The translations under genes were made by a program, and so were the position numbers. Source: Spirochaetia bacterium (GTDB lineage Bacteria; Spirochaetota; Spirochaetia; SZUA-6; Bin103). Taken from it: a DNA stretch of 64,000 bases. The notes below the pieces were generated by a model. The model was not told the DNA's origin, made no database searches, and was given only the letters and a program-made list of their open reading frames with translations. The DNA lies in the NCBI GenBank assembly GCA_965203905.1, contig CBDBDQ010000005.1:1536001-1600000 (forward strand), written 5' to 3'. Positions within the stretch are counted from its first letter, which is position 1; every line of letters begins with the position of its first letter. This document shows positions 32,244 through 43,157 of the stretch, in pieces.

Positions 32244-32930
32244 TCACTCATCAGCCGGAGGCCGGGTGCGGCCGCGGGCCCGGCGCCGGTCGACGCGCTC
32301 GGCGCGATTGCGCAGGGTCAGGCGGCGCCGCAGGCCGCGTTCCACCAGGGTCAGCGTGTCCTCGATCAACTCGTCGTTGCCCTCGCTGCCGAAGTCCGTC
32401 AGCAGCGAGGTGTAGAGCGCGATCAGCATGCGCCGCGCGTTGCGGAAACGGCCGATGCGGAACGGTCCGCCGGCGGGCGCCGGCGCGCAGTATGTCGTCG
32501 ATCATGTCACCGATGTTCCTGAGCACCCACTCCGAGCGCTGCACGGGTACCGTTCCCGGGCAGGTGAAACGGCGGTCTCCGGTCAGCATGCCGCGCAGTA
32601 TGGGGCTGTGACGCAGCCCCAGGGTAATGAACCGGTACAGCGCCTTGAGTTGGTTCATGGGCGACTCGAAACGGCTGACCACGCGCCGCGCCTCGCTGAT
32701 GGCGCGCCGTTCGATCAGCTCGAGGATGTGGCCGTAGAACGCCTCCTTGCTCGGGAAGTAGTTGTAGAAGCTCCCGGTGGCGAGCCCGGAGGCGTGCGTG
32801 ATCTGCTCTACGCTGACGTCGCGGTAACCCTGTTCCGCGAACAGCCGCTCGCCGTTGGCCAGCAGCGCTGCCCGGCGGCGGGTGCGCTGGGAATGCCCCT
32901 GCGGCGAACGAATGAATGTTGCGTTCAGAT
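32244..32930 (-). CDS. TetR-family regulator, frameshifted near 32463 (start approximate)
   Basis: LFAEQGYRDVSVEQIT...GLATGSFYNYFPSKE; C-terminus continues in another frame (FRIGRFRNARRMLIALY). Confidence 0.75.
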
Positions 32931-33065
32931 ATTCATCCCCCGTTGCGGACGCCAGACCCGATTCCGTGGCCTGTGGGCCGTTTCCCGGGCAGCGTACCAC
33001 CTTTGTCGGTCACAACGGAACACCCCGTCCGCGGCTTCGCGTACATTGGGGAACGAGATTGCAGA

Positions 33066-34475
33066 ATGGAAGCGAGCCACTACGTGCTGCGGTGCATGTC
33101 CTGCGGGCGACAACGGAACGAAAGTCGCCACGGGTTTGCCCTGTACTGCAGTTGTGCCGACCCGGCAGCGGGACTCCTGCGTGCCGAATACACCGAGCCA
33201 CGTTTCGTCGTCAATGCCGGCAGCGGTCTGTTCCGGTACGGACACTGGTTGCCGATCCGGTCGCCGCACGGGCCCCGCTCCGCCGCGAGCGGCGCCCGCT
33301 GCGGGCCGGTGGCCTACCGCAGTTCCGCGCTGGCGCACCACCTGGGCCTGGAACGGCTGGTGGTGCTGTACAACGGCTACTGGCCGGAACGCGGCGCCGG
33401 CCTGGAGAGCTGCTCCTTCAAGGAGCTCGAAGCGCTCGCGGTCACCGCCCGGCTGGCCGCGGACGAGCCGCGGACGCTGGTCGTGGCATCGGCCGGAAAC
33501 ACCGGGCGCGCCTTCCACGCGGTCTGCTCGCGACGCGGGCTGCCGGTGGTGGTGGTCGTGCCGCAAGCGGCCCTGCCCCTGCTCTGGACCACCGCCCCGG
33601 TATCGTCCGCGGTGACCCTGGTGGCCGTCAGCGGCGGCGCCGACTATGCCGACGTCATCCGCGTCGCCGCCATGGTGTCGGAGTTGCCCGGCTACCTGGC
33701 GGAGGGCGGCGCCCACAACGTGGCGCGCCGCGACGGCATGGGCTCGGTGATGCTGGCGGGCGTGGAGTGTGCCGGCGAGCTGCCGGACCACTACTTCCAG
33801 GCGGTGGGCAGCGGCACCGGCGCCATCGCCGCGTGGGAGATGGCGCAGCGCCTGGTGGCCGACGGGCGCTTCGGCGACCGCGTGCCGCGCCTGCACCTGG
33901 CCCAGAACGCGCCGTTCACGATCATGGCGGACGCCTGGCAGGCAGGCAGCCGTACGCTGCCGCCGCTGGACGAATCGCTGGCCAAGCGGCGCATCGCGGC
34001 CATGCAGGCCGCGGTCCTCAGCAACCGCCGGCCCCCCTACTCGCTGGCGGGAGGCGTGTTCGATGCCCTGGCGGCGAGCGCCGGCAGCATGTACCGGGTG
34101 CCGAACGGCGCCGCCGCGCGGGCCGCGGCGCTGTTCGCGGAAACGGAGGGCAGCGATCTCGATCCGGCCGCCGCCGTGGCGCTGGCGGCCCTGCAGCAGG
34201 CGCGGGCCGAGGGCGCGATAGGGAGCCGCGACACGGTGTTCCTCAACGTCACCGGCGGCGGGTTCCAGCGCCTGCGCGCCGAGGGACGGGTGCGCAAGCT
34301 GTTGCCCGATCTGGTGCTGGATCACCGCCGCGCAACTCCCGCAACTCTCGCCCAACTGCTCGACGGAAGTGGCGCAGCCAGCGCGGCCGCCACCGGCTCA
34401 TCGTCGCGCGCTGGCTTGACCCGCCGGCAGCCGCTTCGGCTTCCGGCCGGCCGCGCGCCGAGGGGGAACGCATGA
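33066..34475 (+). CDS. Cysteate synthase (PLP, threonine-synthase-like)
   Basis: NGYWPERGA...SCSFKELEA, VASAGNTGRAF, EGGAHNVARRDGMG, YFQAVGSGTGAIA, LSNRRPPY. Confidence 0.88.
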   Translation: MEASHYVLRCMSCGRQRNESRHGFALYCSCADPAAGLLRAEYTEPRFVVNAGSGLFRYGHWLPIRSPHGPRSAASGARCGPVAYRSSALAHHLGLERLVVLYNGYWPERGAGLESCSFKELEALAVTARLAADEPRTLVVASAGNTGRAFHAVCSRRGLPVVVVVPQAALPLLWTTAPVSSAVTLVAVSGGADYADVIRVAAMVSELPGYLAEGGAHNVARRDGMGSVMLAGVECAGELPDHYFQAVGSGTGAIAAWEMAQRLVADGRFGDRVPRLHLAQNAPFTIMADAWQAGSRTLPPLDESLAKRRIAAMQAAVLSNRRPPYSLAGGVFDALAASAGSMYRVPNGAAARAAALFAETEGSDLDPAAAVALAALQQARAEGAIGSRDTVFLNVTGGGFQRLRAEGRVRKLLPDLVLDHRRATPATLAQLLDGSGAASAAATGSSSRAGLTRRQPLRLPAGRAPRGNA

Positions 34476-35713
34476 CTGACCTGTTCGAAAAGTGCCACGG
34501 AGACGGCGGCTACTTCGGCCGCTACCGTGCCGCCGGCGACAAGTACGTAGTGCAGCCGATTCTCGATTCGCTGCCCGGGCCGCACATGGAGTCGGGGGGC
34601 CGGCACGTGATCATGTGGGGGATCAACAGCTACCTCGGCCTGACCGGCAACCCGCGGATCAAGGCCGCGGCATTGGCCGCGGTGAAGCGTTATTCCACCT
34701 CCACTCCCATGGGCTCACGCCTGCTCACGGGCAACACCTCCAAGCACGAGGCGCTGGAGCGGCGCCTCGCGAGCTATTGCGGCAAGCCCGCGGCGGTGCT
34801 GTTCAACTACGGCTACCTCGGCGTGATGGGCACCATTTCGGCTCTGATCGGGCCCAAGGACGAGGTGATCATCGACAAGCTGTCGCACGCATCGATGATC
34901 GACGGCACCATCCTGGCGATGGCCGGGCGTCGCTTTCGGCCCTTCCGCCACAACGACATGGAGAGCCTGGAGCAGCAGCTTCGCGCGGCGCGCAAGCGTG
35001 GCAGCGGCGGCATCCTGATCGTCATAGAAGGGGTCTACGGGATGCGCGGCGACCTGGCCAATCTGCCCGAGATCACCGCCCTGGCACGGCGCTACGAGGC
35101 GCGCATCTTCATTGACGACGCCCACGGCTTCGGGGTGATGGGGACCAACGGCCGCGGTACCGGCGAGCATTTCGGGGTGCAGGACGAGCTCGACCTCTAC
35201 TTCGGCACCTTCGCCAAGGCGTTCGCGGCGATCGGCGGGGTCACCACCGGCGCCCCCGACGTGATCGAGTACATCCGCTTCAACGCCCGCACCAACGTGT
35301 TCGCCAAGGCGCTGCCGATGGTCTACGTCGACGTGCTGGAGGCCACCCTGGACGAGATTCTCGCGCACCCGGAGTACCGCGAGCGGATGTGGTACAACGC
35401 GCGCACCCTGCAACGCGGGCTGGTGGAACTCGGCTACAGCATCGGTGACACGCAGTCGCCCGTTACTCCCGTGTACATCCCCTCGGGGCAGGAGACCGCA
35501 CGCGCCATCATGGTGATGCTGCGGGAGGACTACGGGGTGTTTCTTTCGGGCGTGACCTATCCGGTGGTGCCACGCGGGATCAACCTGTTTCGCATGATCC
35601 CCACGGCGCTGCACAGCGACGAGGACATCGCGATCACGCTCAACGCGTTCGCGGAGATCCGCGAGCGGCTCGCGCTCGACCTTGCCAGTCTCGAGCACCT
35701 CGCCACGGCCTGA
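34472..35713 (+). CDS. PLP alpha-oxoamine synthase (CapB/SPT/BioF family), putative cysteate acyltransferase
   Basis: INSYLGL, GSRLLTGN, EGVYGMRGD, DDAHGFG, GTFAKAFA; ATGA overlap with cysteate synthase. Confidence 0.85.
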   Translation: MTDLFEKCHGDGGYFGRYRAAGDKYVVQPILDSLPGPHMESGGRHVIMWGINSYLGLTGNPRIKAAALAAVKRYSTSTPMGSRLLTGNTSKHEALERRLASYCGKPAAVLFNYGYLGVMGTISALIGPKDEVIIDKLSHASMIDGTILAMAGRRFRPFRHNDMESLEQQLRAARKRGSGGILIVIEGVYGMRGDLANLPEITALARRYEARIFIDDAHGFGVMGTNGRGTGEHFGVQDELDLYFGTFAKAFAAIGGVTTGAPDVIEYIRFNARTNVFAKALPMVYVDVLEATLDEILAHPEYRERMWYNARTLQRGLVELGYSIGDTQSPVTPVYIPSGQETARAIMVMLREDYGVFLSGVTYPVVPRGINLFRMIPTALHSDEDIAITLNAFAEIRERLALDLASLEHLATA

Positions 35714-35718
35714 TTCCG

Positions 35719-36757
35719 GTGGCCGGCACTCGGCGCGCAGCGTCCCGGCGCCGCCCGGCCGCGCTCCGCCGCGCGCTGCCGGCGTGGCTTGCCGCCGGCA
35801 TGGCGCTGACCACCCTGGCAGGCTGCGGGGAGCGCGTGCGCCAGCACGAGTTCGCGGCCATGTCCACCGTCGTGCGCGCCACCGTGTACCACCGCCGCAG
35901 TCCCGACTGGGACGCGGTAGAGCGCGCCGCCCGCGAGTTTGCCGCACAGTACGATCACCGCGACCCCGCCAGTCCGCTGGCCCGGCTCAACCGCGACGGC
36001 AACGCGCAGCTCGAGCGGCCGCTGGCGGACACTCTGCGCGCCGCTCTGCGCCTGGCCGCGGCCACCGGGGGCGCCTTCGATCCGACGCTGCTGCCGGTCA
36101 CGCGGCTGTGGGACTTCGATCACGGCGGCACCCTGCCGGATGCGGCTGCGCTGGCCGCCGCCCTGGAGGCGCGTCGACTACCGCCGCCTGCAGGTGGACG
36201 CCGGCGGCCGCGCCACGCTGCAGGACGCCGAGCTCGACCTCGGCGCCATCGGCAAGGGCGCGGTGGTGGATCACCTGGCCGACTGGCTTGCCGAGCGCGG
36301 CTACGAGCGCTTTCTGCTGGAGGCCGGCGGCGACGTGCTGGTGTCCGGGCTCAAGCCGGAGGCCGCGCCGTGGCGCATCTGGGTGCGGCATCCGCGCCAG
36401 GCCGACGTGCCGCTTGCCATCGCCGCCATCGGCGTTGCCGGCGGCCGCGTGGCGCTGGCCACTTCCGGCGACTACGAACGGTTCTTCGAGCAGGACGGGG
36501 TGCGCTACCACCACATCCTCAACCCGGCCACGGGCCGCCCCGACAGCGACGCCGTGGCGGTGACGGTAATTGCCGGCAGCGCGATAGAAGCGGACGCGCT
36601 CGCCACCGCGTTATTTGTTATGGGAAGCGCCGGCGGCGAGCTGCTGGCAAGCTCCCCGGATATCGAAGGCGTGCTCATCTACCGCGCGGGCGGAGAACTG
36701 GCGGCCGTCGTGAGCGACGGCTTCCCGGCACAGCAGGGCCGGGTCAACGTCAACTGA
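35719..36757 (+). CDS. apbE: FAD:protein FMN transferase ApbE, frameshifted near 36168
   Basis: Lipobox LAGC and GGAFDPT in one frame; DLGAIGKG, ATSGDYER, YHHILNP, ADALATA in the next. Confidence 0.85.
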
Positions 36758-36865
36758 GCACGGCAGGAGGTGGCATGCTCATTGGCATAGCAGGACACGG
36801 CGAGTATATTCCGGCGCGAGGGGGGACCGGGCCCGCAGGGCCCGTGCCGCCGCCATGGAGGCAAC

Positions 36866-37471
36866 GTGCGACCAGACTGGGACGCGGAAGAGCAGGACGA
36901 GGAAGAAGGGGAAGAGCGGGAACAGGGGGAAGAATCACCCCTGCTGCGGCAGTTCCTCAAGACGCGGACGGTCCTGCTGACCGGCGAAATCAACAAGACC
37001 CTGGCAGAGCGGGTGGTGCGCCAGGTGCTGCTGCTGGAGCAGGAGAGCGACGAGCCGATCAAGGTGTTCATCGACAGTCCGGGCGGGGATGCCGATGCCG
37101 GCTTCGCGATCCTCGACATGATGCGCTTCGTGCGGCCGCCGATCAAGATGATAGGGATGGGCCTGGTGGCGAGCGCGGGCGCCATCGTGCTGCTGGCGGC
37201 GCCGCGCGAGCAGCGCTTCGCCCTGCCCAACTCGCGCTATCTCATCCACCAGCCGATGGCCGGGTTCCGGGGCGTCGGCACGGAGATCGAGATCCACGCC
37301 AAGGAGATCGATCTGATGCGCCGCAAGATGAACGATCTGATCTCACAGGAGACCGGCAAACCGGTCGCCGAGGTGGAGCAGGACACCGACCGCGACTACT
37401 GGATGGGTGCGGAGGAGGCTCTCGCCTACGGCCTGGTAGGCAGCATCATCCACTCCCAGAACGACCTCTAG
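36866..37471 (+). CDS. clpP: ATP-dependent Clp protease proteolytic subunit
   Basis: IDSPGG, GLVASAG, IHQP, DTDRDYWM. Confidence 0.93.
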   Translation: MRPDWDAEEQDEEEGEEREQGEESPLLRQFLKTRTVLLTGEINKTLAERVVRQVLLLEQESDEPIKVFIDSPGGDADAGFAILDMMRFVRPPIKMIGMGLVASAGAIVLLAAPREQRFALPNSRYLIHQPMAGFRGVGTEIEIHAKEIDLMRRKMNDLISQETGKPVAEVEQDTDRDYWMGAEEALAYGLVGSIIHSQNDL

Positions 37472-37479
37472 CCCCTGGG

Positions 37480-38469
37480 ATGGTGGTGCCGGACACCACG
37501 CCCGGGGAGTTCGAACGCCTGCGCCGGGAGCAGCTCCAGCGGCGTTTGGGGGGAGACGGCACGCCAGCGCCGGAGGTGATCTCCAGCAAGGTGCGTGACA
37601 GTGTCGATCTCGGGAACCGGCTGCTCATCGTCACCAGTGACCGGGTATCGGCCTTCGACCGCGTCCTCGCCACCATTCCGTTGAAAGGCCAGGTGCTGAA
37701 CCAGCTCTCGGTGTTCTGGTTCCAGCACACCGCCGACATCGTCGCCAACCACCTGCTGCGCGAGGTGACGCCGCGCAGTATGCTGGTGCGCCGCTGTGAG
37801 GTGCTGCCGGTGGAGGTGGTGGTGCGCGGGTATCTGACCGGGTCGGCGTGGCGCGACTACCAGCGCGACGGCGCAGTGTCGGGCATCCCGCTGCCGCCGG
37901 GCATGCGTGCCGAGGAGCGTTTTCCGCGTCCGTTGTTGACTCCGTCGACCAAGGCCGGCCCCGGGGAGCACGACCGCCCGGTGTCGCGCGCCGAGCTGCT
38001 GGCCGGCGGCACGGTGCCCGCGGAGCTGTGGCGGCGGATCGAGACGGTGGCGCTGCAGCTCTACGCACGGGGCGTGGAGCACGCCGCGCGCCGGGGCCTG
38101 ATCCTGGTCGACACCAAGTACGAGTTCGGCACCATCGGCGGCGAACTGGTGCTGGCGGACGAGGTGCACACGCCCGACAGCAGCCGCTACTGGTATCGCG
38201 ACGGCTACGCGCAACGGTTCGCCCGCGGTGAGCCGCAGCGCAAGCTGGACAAGGAGTTTCTGCGCGCGTGGCTGATGCAGCGCGGCTTCATGGGCGACGG
38301 CGCGGCGCCGGAGATCCCGGACGCGGTACGCCACGAGCTGTCGCAGCGCTACCGGGAGACCTACCGGATCCTTACCGGGCGCGACTTGGCGCCGAGCGCG
38401 CTGACGCTCGAGGAGGAGTTGGAACGTTACGCCGCGGTCGTGCGCGAGGCAGGCCACGGTGGCCGCTAG
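37480..38469 (+). CDS. purC: SAICAR synthase
   Basis: KVRD, SDRVSAFD, VEVVVRGYLTGS, TPSTK, DTKYEFG, DEVHTPDSSRYW. Confidence 0.93.
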   Translation: MVVPDTTPGEFERLRREQLQRRLGGDGTPAPEVISSKVRDSVDLGNRLLIVTSDRVSAFDRVLATIPLKGQVLNQLSVFWFQHTADIVANHLLREVTPRSMLVRRCEVLPVEVVVRGYLTGSAWRDYQRDGAVSGIPLPPGMRAEERFPRPLLTPSTKAGPGEHDRPVSRAELLAGGTVPAELWRRIETVALQLYARGVEHAARRGLILVDTKYEFGTIGGELVLADEVHTPDSSRYWYRDGYAQRFARGEPQRKLDKEFLRAWLMQRGFMGDGAAPEIPDAVRHELSQRYRETYRILTGRDLAPSALTLEEELERYAAVVREAGHGGR

Positions 38470-39550
38470 CAGCCCGCTGCCTGCGGGGCGCCGCAGGACC
38501 GCGGCGGCTGGGGTGCCGTTGCTGCTGCTCGGGCTACTGCTGCTGGGTGCCTGTGGCAACTCCGGAGCTACGCTCACGGTGGTCAGCTACAACGTCCAGA
38601 ACCTGTACGACGCCACCGACGACGGCGGCGAATACCGCGAGTTTACCGCCGCCGGCGGCTGGCATGAGGCCCTCTACACCGCCAAGCTGCGCGCCATCGC
38701 GAGCGCGCTGCGCCGCGCCGTCCCGGCGGGGGCGGACCTGGTGGCGCTGCAGGAGGTGGAGCACGCCGGTGCCGCGCGGCGGCTGGTGAACCTGGAGCTG
38801 TCGCGGCAGGGGTACCGGCACGTGGCGTGGCTGCCGGACCCGCGCTCCGCCACCGGCCCGGTGGTGCTCTCCAAGCTGCCCGTGCGCAGGGTCGGGGCCC
38901 TCTGGGTGGAGGGATCGCCGGAGCAGCCGCTGCGGCCCATCCTGGAGGTGGAAGTGGCCCTCGGCGAGGCGGCCGATGCGCGCTCACTGTTCCTGTTCAA
39001 CAACCACTGGAAATCGCGCCACGGCGGAGCCGCCGAGACCGAGCGCTACCGGCGCCGGGCGGCGGCGACGCTGGCGGCGCGCCTGCGGGAGATCCACGCT
39101 GCCGACCCGGAGGCCGACGTGATCGTGGCCGGCGACCTGAACGTCTCGGTGGACGAGTACGAGCGTCGCCGCGGGCGCTACCTGACGGCCCTTATGCCCG
39201 CGGAGGCCGCGGCCGAAGGAGCGCTGGCGGTGACCGCGGCGGTGCCAACTCCGGCAACGCCGCTGGCGCTGTTCAGCCCGTGGTACGATTACCGTAACGC
39301 CGGCCGGGCTCCGGAGGGCAGCTACCGCTATCGGGGCACCTGGGAGACCATCGACCACCTGCTGTTGGGCCCCGGCCTGTTCGACGGCCTTGGCGTGAGC
39401 TATGCCGGCAGCGACCGCTTCACGGTGATCAGTGACGGCCTGCTCGATGCCGAGGGCAGCCCGCGCCGCTTTCTGCGCGGCCCCCCACCGGGCGGCTACT
39501 CCGATCATCTGCCACTGCGCCTGGACCTGGAACTCCATCCAGCAAGATAA
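38459..39550 (+). CDS. Endonuclease/exonuclease/phosphatase (EEP) lipoprotein
   Basis: LGAC lipobox, SYNVQNL, LQEVE, NHWKS, GDLN, IDH, SDHLP. Confidence 0.9.
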   Translation: MAASSPLPAGRRRTAAAGVPLLLLGLLLLGACGNSGATLTVVSYNVQNLYDATDDGGEYREFTAAGGWHEALYTAKLRAIASALRRAVPAGADLVALQEVEHAGAARRLVNLELSRQGYRHVAWLPDPRSATGPVVLSKLPVRRVGALWVEGSPEQPLRPILEVEVALGEAADARSLFLFNNHWKSRHGGAAETERYRRRAAATLAARLREIHAADPEADVIVAGDLNVSVDEYERRRGRYLTALMPAEAAAEGALAVTAAVPTPATPLALFSPWYDYRNAGRAPEGSYRYRGTWETIDHLLLGPGLFDGLGVSYAGSDRFTVISDGLLDAEGSPRRFLRGPPPGGYSDHLPLRLDLELHPAR

Positions 39551-39760
39551 GGCTGAGTGAGAAGCGTGCAATCGCCTTCGCCTATCAGAATTTGACGTGA
39601 CTGGACTGCCCTGATTCGCGCCCTACATGCTGAATCTTTGAATCTTGCACAAACTATTGAACAGCACGGATTTGTGTTCCCAAGCGTTCTATAGCCGCGT
39701 CGGGAATCGGCAACACCCGACCCTGCGCAGCGTGGTCCTGAGGGCGCGGGAGGCGATGTC

Positions 39761-39824
39761 TGTCACTCATGTCATCTCATGTCACCAGGCAGGTTGACAT
39801 GGGCTCCATTCCGATATGTATACT
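39761..39824 (+). promoter_or_regulatory. Putative promoter with TGTCA repeats
   Basis: TGTCA at 39761, 39770, 39780; TTGACA 39794 and TATACT 39819 (19-nt spacer). Confidence 0.4.
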
Positions 39825-39838
39825 CCTTTATTGCAGCT

Positions 39839-40453
39839 ATGGGCACTGCCACTAAACCGAGGCATGGTGTCGTACAATACCTCCCATTCCACGGAGACGA
39901 CCTAGCGCCAGATTGGCTCTATCCAAATGGCACGAACCGCCGTGGGCGATGGTGAGGATCAGGTTAAGCGGGTAACCAAGAATGGCCAGGTTACGATTTC
40001 AGGTTCAAGGACAACTCGGAAGTATCACCCTGTCTGGGTTTCTGGGTCAAATCCAAGATCACCTGCATATGTTAAAAGAATACGAAGGTCTTGCTTCCAG
40101 AGCAAGATGAATCACTCGGCTCTGCGGAGGGTACTCTGGAGACGATATCGATCCATCGCGGCCGGCGATTCGTCATCTATCACAGCAGAACGAAGAAAGC
40201 GATCCACTGCGATATTCCAAGCGAATCTAATCTTCTTGACCAAGCTATGGACGCACTCGGTAATCGGGTGGTAGTGGGTGGCCGACTGCATACGAACGCA
40301 CGCGGTGAACCAGTACGAATTTTGGTCGAAGAGCTGCGAACTTTGAGAGAGCAGTCGAAGTTGCCAAGTATAGCCTCGTTGGGCGGCAGTTACCCCGACA
40401 TCACTGGCGACCTTACGACAGAGGAGTACATCAGGGGTCTTCGTGAGTGCTGA
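39839..40453 (+). pseudogene. Fragmented hypothetical gene preceding the PIN gene
   Basis: Low GC; overlapping partial ORFs 39927-40274 and 40091-40453, the last overlapping the PIN start; start approximate. Confidence 0.45.
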
Positions 40454-40780
40454 ACGATATGAGAAGCCGTACTTGGACTCATCCGTCTTCATTGCCTGGC
40501 TGAAAGGAGAAATCTCTAAAGGGGTAGATCGTAAACAGGTTGCAGGACAGATTCTACGAAACGCCGAGCTTGGAGGATTCCGCATTTGCATCTCCGCATT
40601 GACGCTTGCGGAGGTTCACAAGAAGCGAGGGCATGCACAAATCACGGACGATGAACACACCGAGATACTAAGATTCTTCGAGCATGACTACTTTGATGTA
40701 GTCTCCGTGGACCGAATGATCGGCGAGGAAGCACACAGGTTCTGTCGTAAGTACGGGTTATCACCCGCGGATGCAATTCA
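40443..40780 (+). pseudogene. PIN/VapC ribonuclease, truncated
   Basis: YLDSSVFIAWL, ISALTLAEV, LSPADAIH then abrupt switch to unrelated high-GC sequence. Confidence 0.75.
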
Positions 40781-40891
40781 CCGGCTCGTAGCCGTTGTCG
40801 AACACGTAGTCGCCGAGCTCGTCGGCGCCGGCGGCAAGGCCGTCCTCGATCATGCGCAGCGCCGGGCCGACCGCGACGACGCTTCCGTAAG

Positions 40892-41066
40892 TCCTGGGCA
40901 ACGATTCCAGTCCTCCACCACGTCGGCGGCGACGGTTGCCGCAGGCCCAGCCTCAGCGGTCGCGGCGTTTCTCGGAGGACTGGAAGGCGATACACAGCAA
41001 CGCGTAGGGATCGCCTCCAACCGCTCGCTGGGAATGAGCGAGCCGCACATCATATATACGCCGTAG
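40892..41066 (-). repeat. Degenerate copy of dksA 3' end plus downstream 54-bp motif (copy of 45740-45917)
   Basis: Manual alignment; 1-nt deletion and Cys codons mutated. Confidence 0.85.
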
Positions 41067-41358
41067 CCACAGCGGCGGCGTGGACTGGGTCGTTGCAACC
41101 TGCGACGCCTGTCGCGAACTGCGACAGTTCCTGCAAAGTGTTGCAGCCCAATTACTTGAGTCGGGATAGGCAGGCTCAGGCGTTTGCATCTTGGACACTT
41201 CGTCACGATTGTCCGCAACCGCAGGCTCTGCCAGTGGCTGATCCCTACCGATCGAATTCTTTATCAGGATAAGAATTAACAGGCAGACCCAGGCACCTCC
41301 CGGAGCTGGCACGGTTCCTGCTTGTCACTGTGTTGAACGACAACGACAAGGAGGATCC

Positions 41359-43077
41359 GTGCTTACGATTGTCGGCGGCATAGCGGGTGGATTAGGGCTT
41401 TTTTTCATGGGCATGAAGCTGCTCTCGGAGCATCTCAGGTTGTTGTCCAATCGTCGCCTGCGACAGAGTGCCGCCCGTTGGACCAGGAATCGGTGGACGG
41501 GGTTAGCCTGGGGCGCAATTGCCGGCGCGGTCACGCAGACCATGCCCGCGTTGACGTTCATCATGGTAGGCATGTTGAGGTCGGGACTCCTGTCCGTGCG
41601 CCGGGCGTTCCCCATCCTGCTCGGCGGAAACATCGGGGCGGTGCTGCTGCTGCTGGTCGTGATGCTCGATATCAAAATGGCCGTGCTGTACGTCCTGGGC
41701 GTTTCGCAGATGACAGCCATGATCTCAACGAGAAATAACCGAGCGGCCAGATACCAGACCATGGCCGCAGCGCTGTTCGGGATGGGCATGATGATTCTCG
41801 GGTTTCTCCTGCTCAAGGACTCCGTGTCACCGCTGGCGGACTATCCCTGGTTCAGAGCGATCGTGGCATGGGCCGACCGCTCGCTGTTCCTGTGCCTGTT
41901 GGGCGGCACGTTGCTGTCCGTCGCGATGCAATCGGCGGGCGTGGTGAAGGTTACCAGCATCAGCATGGCCGCGGCTGGACTCCTCGGTATCGAACAGGTC
42001 CTGATGCTCAATCTGGGCGCCTGCCTTGGGTCGAGCGCGGCCCTCTGGCTGTTGACGTTGAACCTGACCGGTTGTTCCCGGCAGGTGGCCATGTACCAGG
42101 TGCTGTTCAACTGCGTGTCGTGCGCCGTATTCGTTCCGCTGCTCATTGTGGAAGCGTACTTCGACGTGCCGCTGTTCAAGGCCGCGATCGTCTCCATCGA
42201 TCTCCCTCTGGCGCAGCGATTGGCGTTGTTCGCCGTCTTCGTTGAGCTGACCACCTGCACGTTCCAGCTCACGGTCCTGGGGCCGGCCGCGCGGCTGATC
42301 GCACGCTGGTGGCCGGCTACGGAAGCGGAGACCCTGTCGAAACCGTGGTACGTTCACGACCAAGCCCTGGAAGACGCCGCCAGCTCGCTGCGGCTGGCCG
42401 ATCGCGAACAGCGGCGTCTGCTGGAGATACTGTCGCGCTGTCTCGACACGGTACGGCAGGGCACCGAGCTGGGCGCGCTGCGCGAGGCGGCAAAGGCGGT
42501 GCTGACCCGCATCGAGGAATTCCTGGACGACCTGGCGGAGCATTACCCGGACCAGAGTATCGATGACCACGTTTCGATGCTCACGCGCCAGCGGTTGCTG
42601 TTCTGGCTCGATGAACGGGTGCTGGAGCTGTGCGAAGTGCTGCATACCATGCCCCGGCGAGCGGAGCTGGAGGATTGGCGCATGGGTCTGGTCGAGGGCA
42701 TCGACGCCGTGCTGCTGGTGCTGCAAGACATGCTGAGTGCCGGCGACGAGGAGTCCTGGCCGCTTACCATGCAATTGATGAACAGCCGCGGCGAGCTGAT
42801 GCGCAGGACGAGAAGCACGTACCTGGGGGACGGATCGTCCCTGAGCGCCGCACAACGAACGAGTGTGCTGCGGCTCACCAGTATCACGGAGCACATCTTC
42901 CTGCTGTTGTCGCGACTGGCGCACGAATATCAACGGTACGCCGCTGAGAATGCCGACGGGCAAACTCCCGACGGCAGAGAGCCGGCGGCCGAGACGATGG
43001 CGTCGCCAAGTGGCCGCGATCTCCGGGAGGACGCCGCACTGAGAGCACTGTCAGCCGGCTCGGCTGCGCGAATGTAA
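41359..43077 (+). CDS. Na/Pi cotransporter family protein (copy 1)
   Basis: GGLGLFFMGM, LGGNIG, AMQS, GACLGSS; helical PhoU-like C-terminus. Confidence 0.85.
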   Translation: MLTIVGGIAGGLGLFFMGMKLLSEHLRLLSNRRLRQSAARWTRNRWTGLAWGAIAGAVTQTMPALTFIMVGMLRSGLLSVRRAFPILLGGNIGAVLLLLVVMLDIKMAVLYVLGVSQMTAMISTRNNRAARYQTMAAALFGMGMMILGFLLLKDSVSPLADYPWFRAIVAWADRSLFLCLLGGTLLSVAMQSAGVVKVTSISMAAAGLLGIEQVLMLNLGACLGSSAALWLLTLNLTGCSRQVAMYQVLFNCVSCAVFVPLLIVEAYFDVPLFKAAIVSIDLPLAQRLALFAVFVELTTCTFQLTVLGPAARLIARWWPATEAETLSKPWYVHDQALEDAASSLRLADREQRRLLEILSRCLDTVRQGTELGALREAAKAVLTRIEEFLDDLAEHYPDQSIDDHVSMLTRQRLLFWLDERVLELCEVLHTMPRRAELEDWRMGLVEGIDAVLLVLQDMLSAGDEESWPLTMQLMNSRGELMRRTRSTYLGDGSSLSAAQRTSVLRLTSITEHIFLLLSRLAHEYQRYAAENADGQTPDGREPAAETMASPSGRDLREDAALRALSAGSAARM

Positions 43078-43157
43078 CCCTCGCCCCCCGCCGTCACGCG
43101 CCGGCCGACGAGCCGCGCCCCCGGGCTCGTCACCGCCGGTCGTGCCGTCGTCGTCGG

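Noticed and set aside
35719-38469. 916-aa ApbE-PurC fusion ORF
   Set aside because: Artefact of the apbE frameshift and stop-poor GC-rich frame; it spans an intact clpP in another frame
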